64,000 nt of DNA from Camelus dromedarius (Eukaryota), in contig NC_087447.1 of assembly GCF_036321535.1 (NCBI RefSeq), positions 33,916,001-33,980,000 of the forward strand, in the 5' to 3' direction. Shown here piece after piece: positions 1 to 13,283 of this stretch (positions within the stretch are counted from its first letter, which is position 1; each line of letters opens with the position of its first letter). The translations under genes were made by a program, and so were the position numbers. The notes beneath the pieces are model-generated. The model was not told where the DNA came from, ran no database searches, and worked only from the letters and a program-made list of their open reading frames with translations.

Positions 1-1110
1 GAACCAATTTGGAGGGTTTTTAGTAATACCTGATTTTAAGACTCATATAAAATTTCAGCAATCAAGGCAGTGTGCTATTATGGTAGGGACAGGCATAAAG
101 AGAAATGAAAGAGAATAGAGTACGTGTGTGATAGGGGGGAAGAGTGTTCAATTGATTTTCAAAAGGATATCAATAATATAATTTAGTGGAGAAAAAAGAA
201 GTCACTTCAACTAATGGTTAATGGAGCTGGAACAAATGAATATCCCTATGGGAGAAATGAACCTTAACCACTACCTCTCACTTACACAAACATAAACTTG
301 AAAAGGATCATAGGCCTACATGGAAAAACTAAAAAATTTCTAGAAGAAACATGGAAGTCTTCATCCTCTTGTGACAGGCAAAGATTTCTTAGACATGACA
401 CAAAAGCATTAGCAATAAGAGAAAAATACTGACTAGTTGAATTTTATCAAAATTTAAAATTCTGATTTTCAAAAAACACTGTTAAGAAAAAGAAAGGTCA
501 AAGGGATAAATTGGGAGTTTGAGATTTGCAGATACTAATATATATAAAATAGATAAACAACAAGTGCACACTGTATAGCACAGGGAACTATATTCAATAT
601 CTTATAGTAACTTATGATGAAAAAAGAATATGAAAATGTATATATGTATGTTCCTATATGACTGAAACATTATGCTGTACACCAGAAATTGGCATAACAT
701 TGTAAAATGACTATGCTTCAATAAAAATATACATATACAAAACGACAATAAAAAAAAGAAAAAAGAAAAGGAAAGGTCAAGTTTTATATTACTAGGAAAC
801 ATAGGTGCACAATTCATATACCTGTCAAAAGACTTATGTTCAGAATAAATACAAAGAACACTACAACAATAATAAGAAGACAGTCCATTTTTAAAATGGG
901 CAAAAGATTTGAACAGTCACTTCACAAAAGAATATATATATATATATTCTTGAGGAGATACCTATGAGGGACTTTTTGGAGGCGATAGACATATTCTATG
1001 CCTTGATTAGCAAGGTGCTTCCATATATTTGTCAAAACTCAGTGAGCTACACACTTAAAATGGGTGTACTTCATTATATCTGAATTATAACTCAATAAAT
1101 TTTTTTTAAT
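1..1110 (+). mobile_element. Old L1M (ORF2 end/3' UTR) fragment, interrupted by a younger L1 3' end
   Basis: Degenerate L1 motifs (AAGGCAGTGTG..., GGCAAAGATTTCTTAG, AAATGGGCAAAAGATTTGAACAG, TTGTCAAAACTC). Confidence 0.75.
502..762 (+). mobile_element. Young 5'-truncated cetartiodactyl/camelid L1 3' end with 18-bp TSD
   Basis: GGGATAAATTGGGAGTTTGAGATT...CTGTACACCAGAAATT...A-tail; TSD AAGAAAA(A/G)GAAAGGTCAA at 484-501 and 763-780. Confidence 0.85.
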
Positions 1111-1589
1111 AAAAGGGAAAGGGAAGAAAAAGAGTGGAAAAGTTATGGAACATTATGCAGCTATTTAAAAGAATAAGATAAATATCTGTTTCTTGATTTA
1201 GAGAAATGATATCAAGTGAAAAATGAAAGTCGTTGAGTAGTACCATTCATCACATGTGTTTTTAAAAGAATAGTCTCTCTCTAATATATATATTTGCTTA
1301 CATACTCCTAGAGAGAGTGGATGCTGAGAAAAACCTGTCAATACTACTTTGTAGAGCATCAGAGGAAAGTGAGAAGGGGCTTTTATTTTCACTTTATGCC
1401 CTTCTAGGCTTCTTAAATTTTCAATGAACCTGTATTAGTTTTAAAATAAAATAAATTTTAAAACTTTAATGCCCTCAAAGACTTGTCTTTTGCTCTCTAA
1501 ACAATATAGTTAAAACACAATAAATAGGAAGATACCTATTTTTTCTGAGTATTTTTATTGCTCATACTTATGTGTAGAAACTTTCACTT

Positions 1590-2540
1590 TTTTATTGCAG
1601 TAAAATGTACATAACATATAATTTACCACCTTAACCAAGTTTAAGTGTACAGTTCAGTGACATTAAGTGCATTCCCATTGTTGTGCAACCATTACCACTA
1701 TCCATCTCCAGACCTTTTTCATCATCCCAAACTGACACTCTGTACCCATTAGACAGTAATTCCCCATTTTCCCCTTTTCCAGCCCCTGGCAACCACTAAC
1801 CTACCTTCTGTCTCTATGAATGTGACTACCCCAGGTACCTCATATAAGTGGAATCACACAGTATTTGTCCAAAAGTATCTGATGTTTCATTAGCATATCT
1901 TCAAAGTTCATTCATATGTAGCATGTATCAGAATTTTTCTTTTTTTAATCAGATAATCTAAGTGAAGTAAGTCAGAAAGAGAGAGACAAATACCATATGA
2001 TATATATGGAATCTAAAAAAAAATGATGCAGATGATCCTATTTATAAAATAGAAACAGACTCACAGACATAGAAAACAAATTTATGGTTACCAAAGGGGA
2101 AAGGTAGGGGGATAAATTAGGAGTTTGGGATTAGTAGATACAAACTACTATTTATAAAGGACCTACTGTATAACATATGGAACTATATTCAATATCTTGT
2201 AATAGCCTATAATGAAAAAGAATATATATGTATAACTGAATCACTATGCTGTATACCAGAAATTAACACATTTTAAATCAAATATACGTCAATGAAAAAA
2301 CCCTCAGAATTTCATTCCTTTTTAAGGCTGTATAATACCCCATTGTACATTTATACACAGTTTGTTTATCCAGTCATATGTGTGTGGGTACTTGGGTTGC
2401 TTTCATCTTGTGGCTATTGTGAATAATGCTGCTATGAACGTTTTTCTACAAATACATCTGCTTGAGTTCTTTCAATTCTTTTGGGTATACACCTAAAAGC
2501 GGAATTGCTGCCTCATTTGATTATTCTGTTTAATTTTCTC
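1590..2540 (-). mobile_element. L1MA/L1MB 3' end (antisense) with a nested younger L1 at ~1950-2303 in + orientation
   Basis: AAGTGTACAGTTCAGTG...CAGCCCCTGGCAACCACT...CCTCATATAAGTGGAATC; host sequence resumes at 2304. Confidence 0.8.
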
Positions 2541-2838
2541 CTTGTCTGTAAAATAGGTATGATAATCCCTGCTCTGTCCACACTCATGGGGCTTTGAGAA
2601 CCAAATAAAAACCCCTTTGTAACTTGTTAAACATCATTTTCATGTAAGAGATTATGAGAAAGTTTTTATGAGGAAGAGTATGATCCTAAAAACAAAATAT
2701 ATATAAATAAAATAAATTTAAGAATAACAACTAAATGAACAGTTATTAAATGCTTCATGCACCAAGCACTGGTCTAAGCATTTCACAGGTGTTAGCAAAC
2801 CTAAGCCTCACAAGAGTCTTGTGAAGCAGGTATTACTA

Positions 2839-3163
2839 CAGCGGGCCTTCCACATCTGTGGGTTCCACATCCACAGATCCAACCAACCCTGGATCAAAAA
2901 TACTAAAAATAAAGCAAAAAAACCTTCCAGAAAGCTCCAAAAAGCAAAACTTGAACTTGTCATGCACCAACCACTATTTACATAGCGTTCACATTGTATT
3001 AGGTATTATAGGTAATCTAGAGATGATTTAAAGTCTACAGGAGGATGTGCGTAGGTTATATGCAAATAATACACCATTTTACATAAGGGACTTGAGCATC
3101 TGTAGATTTTGGTATTCTTGGGTGTCCTGTAACCAATCCCCCATGGATATCGAGGGACAACTG
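2839..3163 (-). mobile_element. MER2/MER2B-like Tigger (TcMar) MITE inserted in a MIR (~2735-3245)
   Basis: CAG...CTG termini, TA at 2837-2838, GGAGGATGTGCGTAGGTTATATGCAAA and CCAATCCCCCATGGATATCGAGGGACAACTG consensus motifs. Confidence 0.8.
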
Positions 3164-4443
3164 CATTATCATTTTACATGTGAGAAAATCGAGGTACAGA
3201 AAAGCCACATAACCTGTCTGAAGTCATACAGCTAGTAAGAGAGTCAGAAATAACTTCAAGCAGTAACAAACTTCCCCACATGACAGAGTTCATCCAACAT
3301 TTAGTAGGTCTTATTATAAATTCACAATTCCAAATTTTGAAAGAAAAAAATTCATTTATCTCATTTCAAAGCTACATGAGTAGTCTAGGAAATGCAAAGG
3401 GAAATAAATCTGTTGTTATAAGTGCTACCTAAGTTTCCCCATAAATGGTTACTTCTTTGATTCTGGAAGGAAAGAAGAGTCCAAATTGTTTAAGGACCAT
3501 CATGTGTAGGTATCACAAAAGCTGGCTTCAGAAAAGGCTTCGACTTCCTTGCTACAGGAGGGGATTGGGCAAGGGGATGGGTGGGTGGAGCCTGGAGGGC
3601 GGGTTGGGGTGGGGAAACATCTGCCATGGGGGCATCAACATGAAGGAGAGAGAAAGCAGAGAAAAAAAGCATGTGTAAGCCAACATGAGACACACCATAC
3701 TTCTAATGAGGTCTTCATGCTTCTTTGTCTTCAGATGAAAACTGGAGCCATGAAATTCCTTTTTTGTTAACGTTAAGATGTGGTAATGCCAAGCATTCAT
3801 GACCATAAGCATGGAAAATTGATGAAATTACAGTCTGTTCAGGGAAATAATACGCTGATGAGAGAAAAGATCTTCACCTGGGTCAGAATCCTGGTGGCAG
3901 CTTTTTAAAACAGGTGAACATTCTCTTTCCCCTCTGCTGGGAGACATCCCTTTGTATGATATGCCAAGTACATGATTATGGAGAAAGGTCAAAGGGAAAA
4001 AGGGATTGGCACAAATAATTGAGATATTTTTAAGGGCATGTAAGTCAGTGAGCATTTCATTAGTATCATTTCAGCAATTTTCTGCTCTCAAAGAAGTGGC
4101 CAAATTGAAATCATATCCTTCTACTTAATGAGCAAAAGAATGTGATTAGGTTGCCATAACATTAAGATTTGAGACGGTCATGTGACAGGCATGAAGAAAG
4201 TCAGAGTGAAAGAATCTAAGTAAAATTAACCTGGCCTTTTCCCATGAAAGCTTTTCTTCAGAATACATACAAAATACTCACTGCTTTGTGAGCTAATAAC
4301 AGCCACAACTCAATGTTCAGAGTAAAGAATTTCTAGCATATGCTATCTTGAAGTTTCGAGTAGTTGAAAAAAGTATTGCTCTAATCATAGAGCACCCAGC
4401 TTCCATCTTAAGTACCACCTCCCAAGGTTCAAGGCTGTATGAC

Positions 4444-4870
4444 TGTATCGGTTAATTATTGATCTGCAACAAGTCAACTCAAAACTTTGTGGCTTAAACA
4501 ACAACTACTTTATTACTGCTCCTGAGTTCTGTGGATGAGATGTGGCTGATCTCAGCAGGGTCCACTCCTATGGTCAGCTAGCGTGTTGACTCTGGGCTGA
4601 TTGCTCTAGGATGGCTTTGGCTGGCATGACTGAGCTCTGCTTTCATATGGTGGCTCACCCTCTAGTAGGCTAGTCCAAGTTTGTTTTCATGGCAATGGCA
4701 AAGTTGAGAAAAAGAAGAGATGCAATCAAGGCTCCTTGAGGTCTATGCTCAGAACTCATAGATTCTTTTTACCGCATTCTTTTGGCCAAAAATAAGACAT
4801 AAGGTCAGCCCAGATCCAAAGGGTAGGGAAACAGAGTCTGCCTCTGGATGAGAGGAATTGAAAAATAATC
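4444..4870 (-). mobile_element. MLT1 (MaLR) LTR
   Basis: GTGGCTTAAACAACAAC...GGCCAAAA...AAGGTCAGCCCAGATCCAAAGGGTAGGGAAACAGA. Confidence 0.65.
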
Positions 4871-5599
4871 TTGCCAAGAGGAAGAACGGAAGCCACTAAA
4901 ATTATCTGATTGGAAATAAATTGCTCCAAAATTTTACAAACACATTGAAATGCAAAAGTACACTGGTAGTCCACTGTTTGCCTTGGGACACTATTCCTAA
5001 GACCACAAATGTTGAGTTAGGTTCCCCAACTCATCAATGAATCTATTAACCCATAAGGTTGAAGTAACAACTATGCAATAGCAATGTAATATAAAAATGA
5101 ATAATCTGTTAGCTAGGAAATTCACAACAAAGAGGAAATCAACAGCATTGAATCAGAAGTTACTTTTCATTTCTTAGATAAATGTACCTCAGGAAATCAA
5201 GTTTTGTTGGAGAATGACGACTATATGGATACTCAAGGCAAATACCAGGAGACAGTGTTGATTCTTCCCCTACGTTCACTTTCCATATCCCAGTAATCCC
5301 CACGGAATTTCCACTAGTGCAGCCATAGTTCAAACTATCTAGTCCAAAGCTCCCAGTCTCCCAGAACACACCCACCTCTCCAGTCCATGCCTCCCATACA
5401 GCCCCTGGACCGGGTGATGCTGACTCTTCTCAGAGTCTTTCAATGACTTCTCATTGTTGAGTATCATTGCCACGGTTCATAATCCTCTGCATTTCCTGTC
5501 CAGTGTTCCTGTCAGAATACTTTCAACCTCACCCATTCTCTGTGTGAGACAGAGGGCTTGGTTCTGGTTCTCAAACCCCTCAATCCTTTCCCCAACTCA

Positions 5600-5915
5600 G
5601 AGCCTTTGCATTTGCCCTCTCCTCAGCCCAGAGGTTCCTAGAAGGCTTTTACCTCAGTTCTTGCAAAAGTTCGTTCATTTGTCACCCTTTAACTTGTAGT
5701 TTAAATGTCACTTCTTCAGAGCAGCCTTCCTTGACCCTATTTATACCCATTATCAACTTACAATGATAGTGTTCATTTGGCTCCTGGTTAATGAGTTCTC
5801 TCCCTCATCATAAGCTCCAGGGGAGCAGATCTGCTTGCTGAATACTGTATCTTCTAGCACAGTGTGGACTCACACTGAACACAGAGTAAATCCTCAATGA
5901 GAGTGAGTGAATGAA
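5600..5915 (+). mobile_element. L2 3' end
   Basis: AAATGTCACTTCTTCAGAG...CCTTCCTTGACC...AAGCTCCAGGGG...GAGTGAATGAA. Confidence 0.65.
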
Positions 5916-6009
5916 CGCTCCTCTGCTGCTCTGCCTCTATATGATTGCTGAGGAAGCTGCCATGCTCGTATGTTACATTCTCCACTGGTCCAGGACAGTA
6001 TATCTGGTT

Positions 6010-6380
6010 CACATCAAAACACCAAGCCTCTGCCTCAGGATTTTGGAGCTGGGATTGAGAGAGAGTCCTTCAGTCCCTCTCAGGTAGATAAGACTGCATC
6101 ATAAAAATTCACGGGCTACCAATGACTTTGTTTTCTACCATGTGGGTCAGAAAAATAGAGACGCCAACCTGTTGGATCAATAACTAAAGCAGAGGCACAA
6201 AGAGCAGAATGCAAGAGACTGAGGGTGTCCTGATGGCATTCCTGTACTTGGTCCAGGTGTCCTGGAACCCTGCTGCAGCCCTGTCCTCGGTGTCCACTAG
6301 ACCCAGCAGAATCCACAGACTACAGATTCCTTTTGGGTAGGTTTGTTGAGATTGAGGTTTTCTCACTTGCAACCTTAAAA
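6010..6380 (+). mobile_element. Old MLT1 (K/L-like) LTR
   Basis: Ends TTGAGATTGAGGTTTTCTCACTTGCAACC, a typical MLT1 3' terminus. Confidence 0.55.
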
Positions 6381-6999
6381 ATACAATAAAAGCACAGTTT
6401 TGTGGGGTCCAAAAGTCACATGGGACAACGATGGCTATAAGCTGCCATGCCCATCAAGCGAGCAGGTCAAGAAGGTAAGGCTAAGTAAGTGGACAAAAGT
6501 AAATGTTACTCTGAGAAAAGACATTAACAATCTGAATTGGCATTTTCCAGCCAAAAAAAACAGTAAGAAAATGAAATAAATGGCCAAAGGATTCACTGGG
6601 ACAAGTCCAGTGTGGTGGGGTGGGAGGACTGGTAGCAGAAAATAAGGAAGAAGGCACCCTCAGAGAGAAGGGAGCAGCTGACGGAGAGGGCAGGGTCAAA
6701 GCGTGTGCTCTTTGGTAGACTTGGTGTAACAATGATGAGACCAAGCGACTTCACATCCAAGGCTTTTATCCTCCAGTCCACAGGGCCACCGAAGGGATTG
6801 AAGCCAGAGAGTGACCTGGGTGGGGATGGTGGGTGGCCTGGAGAAAGCCAGGCCTGGAAGCAGGGAAAACAGTTAGGAGGCAGTTAGTTAGTCCATGTTC
6901 AGAGGGGCTGGTAAGGGCCTAAATCAAAGCAGTAGCCAAGTCGCCTGACAGGAGGAAACAGATTGAGTGACATTTAAGGATTACAACGGAGATGACTGG

Positions 7000-7125
7000 G
7001 AAAGCACAGTTCCCAGTTTGCCCAAGACAATTTCAGTTTATATCCATTCTCTTGGCTTAATTTTTAACAGTGATCCCTTGCACTTATAAAAGTGCTTTGA
7101 TTTGAGTGATTAATTATATGTTTAC
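7000..7125. mobile_element. MER94-like hAT MITE
   Basis: TCCCAGTTTGCCCAAGACAATTTCAGTTT...AAAAGTGCTTTGATTTG. Confidence 0.5.
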
Positions 7126-7914
7126 TTGTAGGTGTAGGCATGAAGGAGACAGAATAGCACAGGATGTCCTTTGGGATCTGGTTTGGACAACCCTGAGGTT
7201 CTTGGTTCCCATGACTAATGCAGAGAACACAACAGGAACAAGCTGGGCCAAAAATAACAGGATTGTCACATACTGACTTTAAGGTGCTCATGCAACATTT
7301 GAATGAAATTACCAAATAAAGAGTTGAAATATACTAAAGTATTGCACATAGAATACTGTAATTCAAAAGACCATAAAAGACTTTGGGACCGACTGTTATT
7401 GTTACCTATTTCTCCTAAAATTTTCCTCCAATCCTTACATGTATAAAATTCTAGAACAGAAACTGAAAATCACTAGTAGAAAGTTGAGGGTTCATTTACA
7501 ACACATGGACAGAGCAAAACCAATGGTTTTTACCAATTGACACTGACAAAGGAATTCAGTTTCTGCTACCAAATCCTTTCCCAATGGAAGCCTTCCTGCC
7601 TTGGATAGGAATATTTTACAGAAATGTCACTACTCTCAGGCTCCCAGAGAAGGGATTTAAATTACATATAATAAATCAGTACAGGAACTTTTGATTTTTC
7701 ATCTAGTCACGTGAGGTCAAAACATTCCAAAACATAAAGTAGAAACGTTCACAGACTGTGATTAAAAACCACTTTTTGCATTCTGGATTTAAAACTAAAT
7801 GAGAAGAATGACATAAGATAAACAGAAATAGTTTCTCTCATCATCTCCACCACACACAACTATGGCTTCCTAAAATTTGGCATACTTCCTTAATCCTCTC
7901 CCCGCCCCACCCAA

Positions 7915-7917
<3 letters not shown>

Positions 7918-7948
<31 letters not shown>
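7918..7948. repeat. (CA)n microsatellite
   Basis: Direct reading. Confidence 0.95.
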
Positions 7949-7949
<1 letters not shown>

Positions 7950-8939
7950 ACTGATACTTGGGTTGAACTTCAGCAAAGGAACAATTTGTCACAGCAACAG
8001 CTGAAACAAGAAGTGTCAGCAAGATTGATTAGACTCATTACTGCAGGCTCCAGCACCCATCAGAACTGCGATGACTGTGCCTTCCTCTTATAGCACGGGC
8101 TGGGGAGCCAGAACCGGCCAGAACCTGACAGCCTCACAAGCCCGCAGCGCTCACTTTCCCTGGGCCGTTGGAGACAACCCAGCCCAGCCGACCACGTCTC
8201 CCTCTGACACGACCACCCTGCCCATCCTGCCCTACTACCAGCCTCGTTAGGCTCTCTTTATGCCTGTAAATCCAAACATCTCACAGCAGCACCATCATAA
8301 TTGATTAAGGAGACCCACCCAAGGGCAGCTTTGCTCAAAGAAATGTGTTTTGGATTCCAGTAGTGCCCCCTCGACAGGGAGGACACAGAGTTGGAAAGAG
8401 TGTGCCGGTTTTTCTCTCTTCCTTTTCACTGATGGAGGTTTAGAGAGGACAGAAACCAGGGGAGGAGGAGGACACATGCCTCATATAGGAGAGTAGAAAG
8501 CACCTGAGCTTGGGAACACTTATTTCAGATGCTCTGCTACCACCAGGCTGTGTGACCACACGCAAGTCCCTTCAACTTTCTGATTTCCTGGTGTCCAAGC
8601 CAGAAGTTTGCATACAAGCCTTCCTCTCTTCGTTCTCCAACCACCCCAATTTCCAACCATACCTTTAACCTCTGCCTTGGCTTCTGCTATCACTCTCCAA
8701 CTCAAAATCATTCACTGGTTATCTAGTGATTGTAGGATAATGCCCCGCCTCCACAGTGGGGTATACAACCTTTTAGGGTCTCATCCCTATAACAGAAATA
8801 CAAAAACAATGGCAAAACCAGCTGGCCTTTCTTAACATTGATCCTTCTTTTGGCTTATCACGCATCTGACTCCACAGCTTCTGGGTGCTTTGGTCCACCT
8901 GCATCATCACTTAGTACCAAAATGTCCACATATACTCTC

Positions 8940-9412
8940 CCCTTTTTGGCCTCAGGATCCCTTTACAATCTTAAATATTACTGAGATCTCCAAAGAGATT
9001 TGTTTATGTGTTATAGCTGTCAGTTATTATTCTATTAGAAATTAAAACTGAGAAGTATTTAAAATATTTGTTAATTCAATATTCCAAAAACTATGACTTG
9101 TTAATATAAATAACAGGTTTAGGTAAAATAACTCTATTTCCAAAACAAAAAATTAGGGAGAAGAGTAACATTGTTTTGCATTTTTTCATGTCCAGCTTAA
9201 TAGAAGACAGCTGGACCTTCACAGCTACTGCTGCATTTGAATCTGTGGCAATAAACCATGTCACGGAGACTCTGGGAAACTCCATCATACAGTCATGAGA
9301 GAATAAGGGTGAACAAATCAAACAGCATCTTAGTACTGTTATGAAAATAATTTTGAAAGAAAGAATCCTGGAAGCCCCCAAGAGTTTTGAGATCACATTT
9401 TGAGGGCCTCTG
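8940..9412. mobile_element. Charlie1b-like hAT non-autonomous element
   Basis: GGCCTCAGGATCCCTTTACAATCTTAAA...CTTAATAGAAGACAGCTGG...TTATGAAAATAATTTTG. Confidence 0.7.
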
Positions 9413-9734
9413 ATCTAGTCTGAGTGGGATGAGTTCAATTTCTCAAGATCAAGGGTCAGGGGAGGGAGCAGAGCTGACAGGTAACACACAGATGTTGAAT
9501 CAGGCCGACTTGGATTTGTGTCTTAGCTTTGCCACTTAGAAATATGTTATGTATGTACAAATAAATGGGAATAATGCCATCTATTCCATGGGGTTATTAT
9601 AAAAATAAAACAGGGTATATACGTGCTTGCCACAGTGCCCAGGACATGGTAGTTACAGAGAATGGGGGAGAGACAGGGAGAGGGAGAGGAAATTGCTAAA
9701 TGGCCTTAAAAAGTTATGTGCTGTCCTATAATTA

Positions 9735-10505
9735 ACCATAATTTGAAAAGACACATGCACCCCAATGTTCATAACAGCACTATTTATAGTAGCCAAGACA
9801 TAGAAACAACCTAATATCCACCAACAGATGACTGGATAAAGATGTGGTGTATATATACACAATGGTATATTACTCAGCCATAAAAAGACTGAAATAATGC
9901 CATTTGCAGCAACATGGATGGACCTAGAGATTATCATATTGAATGAAGTCAGACAGAGAAAGACAAATATCATATGATATCACTTATATGTGGAATCTAA
10001 AAAGAATGATAGAAATACTATTTACAAACCAAAAACAGATTCACAGACACAGAAAACACATTATGGTTACCAAAGGGGGAAGGATGGAGAGGGATAAATT
10101 ATGGGTTGGGGATTAACAGACACACATTACTATATATAAAATAGATGAACAACAAGGACCTACTGTATAGGTCCAATCATGGACCTACTGAATACAGGGT
10201 ATTGTATTCAATTTCTTGTATAATGGAAAAGAATCTGAAAAAGAATATATATGTATGTATATGTATAACTGAATCACTTTGCTGTACACCTGAAACTAAC
10301 ATTGTAAATCAACTATACCTCAATGATTTTTTTAAATTTACATAAGCTATATTCAATACCTTGTAATAGCCTGTGATGAAAAAGAATATGAAAAGGAATA
10401 TCTACATATAGATATATAGATATAATTGAACCACTATGCTGTACACTGGAAATTAACACAAAATTGTAAACTGACTATACTCCAATAAAAATAATAATAA
10501 TTTTA
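9735..10505 (+). mobile_element. Young L1 3' region with a second tandem 3' terminus (~10345-10505)
   Basis: GACACATGCACCCCAATGTTCATA..., GCAACATGGATGGACCTAGAG; the terminal block (GCTGTACACC...CTATAC) occurs twice. Confidence 0.85.
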
Positions 10506-11723
10506 AAAGATGGCAAAGTTAAGCATGTTTAAACAATAAAGGGAAAGATCCAGGAGACAGAGATTGAAAATCTAAGCGAAAGAAAAGGAGAATGCTAGAT
10601 AAGTTTCCTGAAGAGGCAGGATTCAGTGGAGCTGGAGCACAGATGGAGACTGTGGACTCAGACAGAAGGTGAGACTCTTCACCAATTACAGGGAAGAAAA
10701 AGAGAACAAACACAGAAGCTGGTGGGAGTGGAGGCAGCAGAGCAGGAAGCCAACGGAGCTTGTATCTGAGTGCTTCCACCCTCCCCACCCCCGCAGTGAA
10801 GCCATGTGCTGAGTGATGAGGGGTACTAGCTCCCCATACCTCGTGCTACCCACAGAAATCCCAGGGTCACACACCCTCAGTTCAGCGTTTTACACTCACT
10901 CTCCAGTGTTGCACATTCACTGAAGCGTCACACATAGAGATGGGACAATACATGTGTTCAGGTGTGACATGTGCTCACTCAGATCTTACACAAAGCAGTG
11001 CACACACATGCACACACATACATTCACACACTCAGATGTTCTTGCATAAGGGCTGCCTAAAAGATCGCCAATCCACTTGTGAGGCAATGCGGAGTGGTTC
11101 CGTAGTTCGGGCATTATCACCCCACCCACGCACCCATCTTTCTTCCTCCTTTCTCAGAGGGGCTCCACCTTGACTTTTATGTGGTTTTTACCTCGAGGTG
11201 ATCCAGTGTGTCTATGCCTTCCCAGTACACAGATACTCACTAGATGCCAACAGACTGTAACCTAGCTGTCTCCAGAAGCCTCCTTTGTAGGCAGCTGGTG
11301 AAAATTCCTGAGTCTATGTAGGGTTCTGCCTACATGCAGGCCAATACATGGTCACCGGAAGCCATTTTTAGGAAAACACAGCAATTATTGTCATAAGACA
11401 CTTGATGGCTGTAGTGACATTTTGCCGCCGTGGGTCACAATCTCTTGCTTTTAAATAGCATCTCTTTGCTGGGCTTCAGTTTCCTTATTTGTAAATTAAG
11501 GGGCTTGACCAGATCACGTTTCAAGGCTTTTTCATCAATATCATCTTAAGTCTAAGCCTCTTTGGTCTTGACCTTCAAAACTAGTTTTTCAGTGGGGGCA
11601 ATGTCCACAGATAGGCCAGATTCTCAGAAAGAGAAACCAAGGTCAAAAATGTTTTTTCCCCAAACCCAGAAGATTACAGAGACTGAATCAAAAGCTGGGC
11701 CCAGAGGTTGCTGTCCTCAGTGT

Positions 11724-12092
11724 CTATAGTGGTTAATTTTATGTGTCACTTTAGCTAGGCTGTAGCACTCAGTTATTTAATCAAACGCTAATCTAGGTGT
11801 TGCTGTGAAGGTGTTTTTCAGATGTGGCTAACAGCTGACTTTAAGTAAAGGAGCTTGTCCTTGATAATCTGAGCAGGTCTTATCCAAGCAGTGGAAGGCC
11901 CTAAGGTTTTCTGAAAAAGAAGGAATTCTGCCTCAAAACTGCAGCATCAAATCCTGCCTGGGTTTCCAGTCTGCCTACAGATTTCAGATTTGTCAGCCTC
12001 CACAGTTGTGTGAGCCAGTTCTTTAAGATATCTTTATACACACAAACACGTGTGTTCCATCGGTCTGTTTCTCGGGAGACCCTGACTGACCA
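11724..12092 (+). mobile_element. MLT2D-like ERVL LTR
   Basis: GTGGTTAATTTTATGTGTCAC...CTAATCTAGGTGTTGCTGTGAAGGT...GGTCTGTTTCTC-GGAGACCCTGACT. Confidence 0.8.
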
Positions 12093-13283
12093 TGTGAAGG
12101 AGGCCAGCAGGGACCAGGGAGAAAGCTGATGATGCTCGTTCTCATGATAGGCTCTTAGTTTGCATCAGAAGGAAGCAAGAAAAGCAGACCAGGGGTCTTG
12201 ATGCTAAAATTCTGTATGGCTTCATCACTGAAGCGTCTTCACGTTGGCTAATTTTGTTACTTCCAGCAGGTGTGCTCTACTCCCCAGCTGCACTCGCAAG
12301 GAGAGGGGGGACCCTAAAGGGGAGAGCTGGGGCAGGACCCAAAGTCACAAGAGCAGGGTGAGTCCCAAAATCCACAACGAGGAGGAACAAAGCATACAGG
12401 AGGGCAAGTCCCCCTTGAGGTCTTCAGGCTAAACAGCAGAAAGGCCTCTGAAGTTTCCCCTTCCCCAGGAATCCACGATTTCTAGCAATTATGGGTGTAC
12501 AGACATTGTCTGAATTCCTGACATCCTCCCACCCTTCTTCACTGACTTACTGGATAATAAGCATCTAGCAGCCAAAAAGCCACTAACGAGGCTGACAGGT
12601 GTGCCCACGACAAATTTAAGCTTTCCCAGGCAATCAGTCTAGGAAAGCATTTATCTGCCAGGGTCAAAGGGACATCTCTAGCAGGTGACCCTTTCATTTT
12701 CTACTAATTCAATTTGTGTAGAAGTAAGCATAGCTCATTGACTAAATCTGCTTTCTCTTCGAAAGGAACTTGATAGGGCTTGAAGTTGCTAACTTAATTC
12801 CCATCTCCTGTTACAATCAGGAAGCTATATTATTACTTGATTAAAATTCAGAAATCTGAGATCTGGAAAGAAGCTTAGAATACATCAAGTTTCACCTCTT
12901 TATTTGATGGTGAGGATCCGGAAGGTCACAGAGAAACACTCAAACGAGACAGATTGGAGAGTGAGTGCTGCAGCTCAGAAACTACCCAGTGAGAAGGGTC
13001 CAGGATGCTCTAGTAGACCATCCACATGTGTGGGGTCAGGCGAAGGTGAGGCTGGCTGTTGGGGGGTAACAGGGTGGAGGCTCCACTTCCCAGTAGAATG
13101 GCACGCTGGTGATCGGGTGCAGCCTCTCCCAGGAAACCCTTACACAATTTCCAATGTCTGCTTAAATGCTTTCAGTGAAGTGATGGGGGGTGCTTATCAT
13201 TTCGTTAAGCAGACCCCTAACAAAAGATTTTTGTTGCTGTTGTTTTGGGTTTTTTTTCCCTAGTCAAATTAAATCTGTTTCCT

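Noticed and set aside
3560..3614. Isolated G-run cluster (G4-capable)
   Set aside because: No associated promoter, CpG island or exon; common in mammalian DNA.
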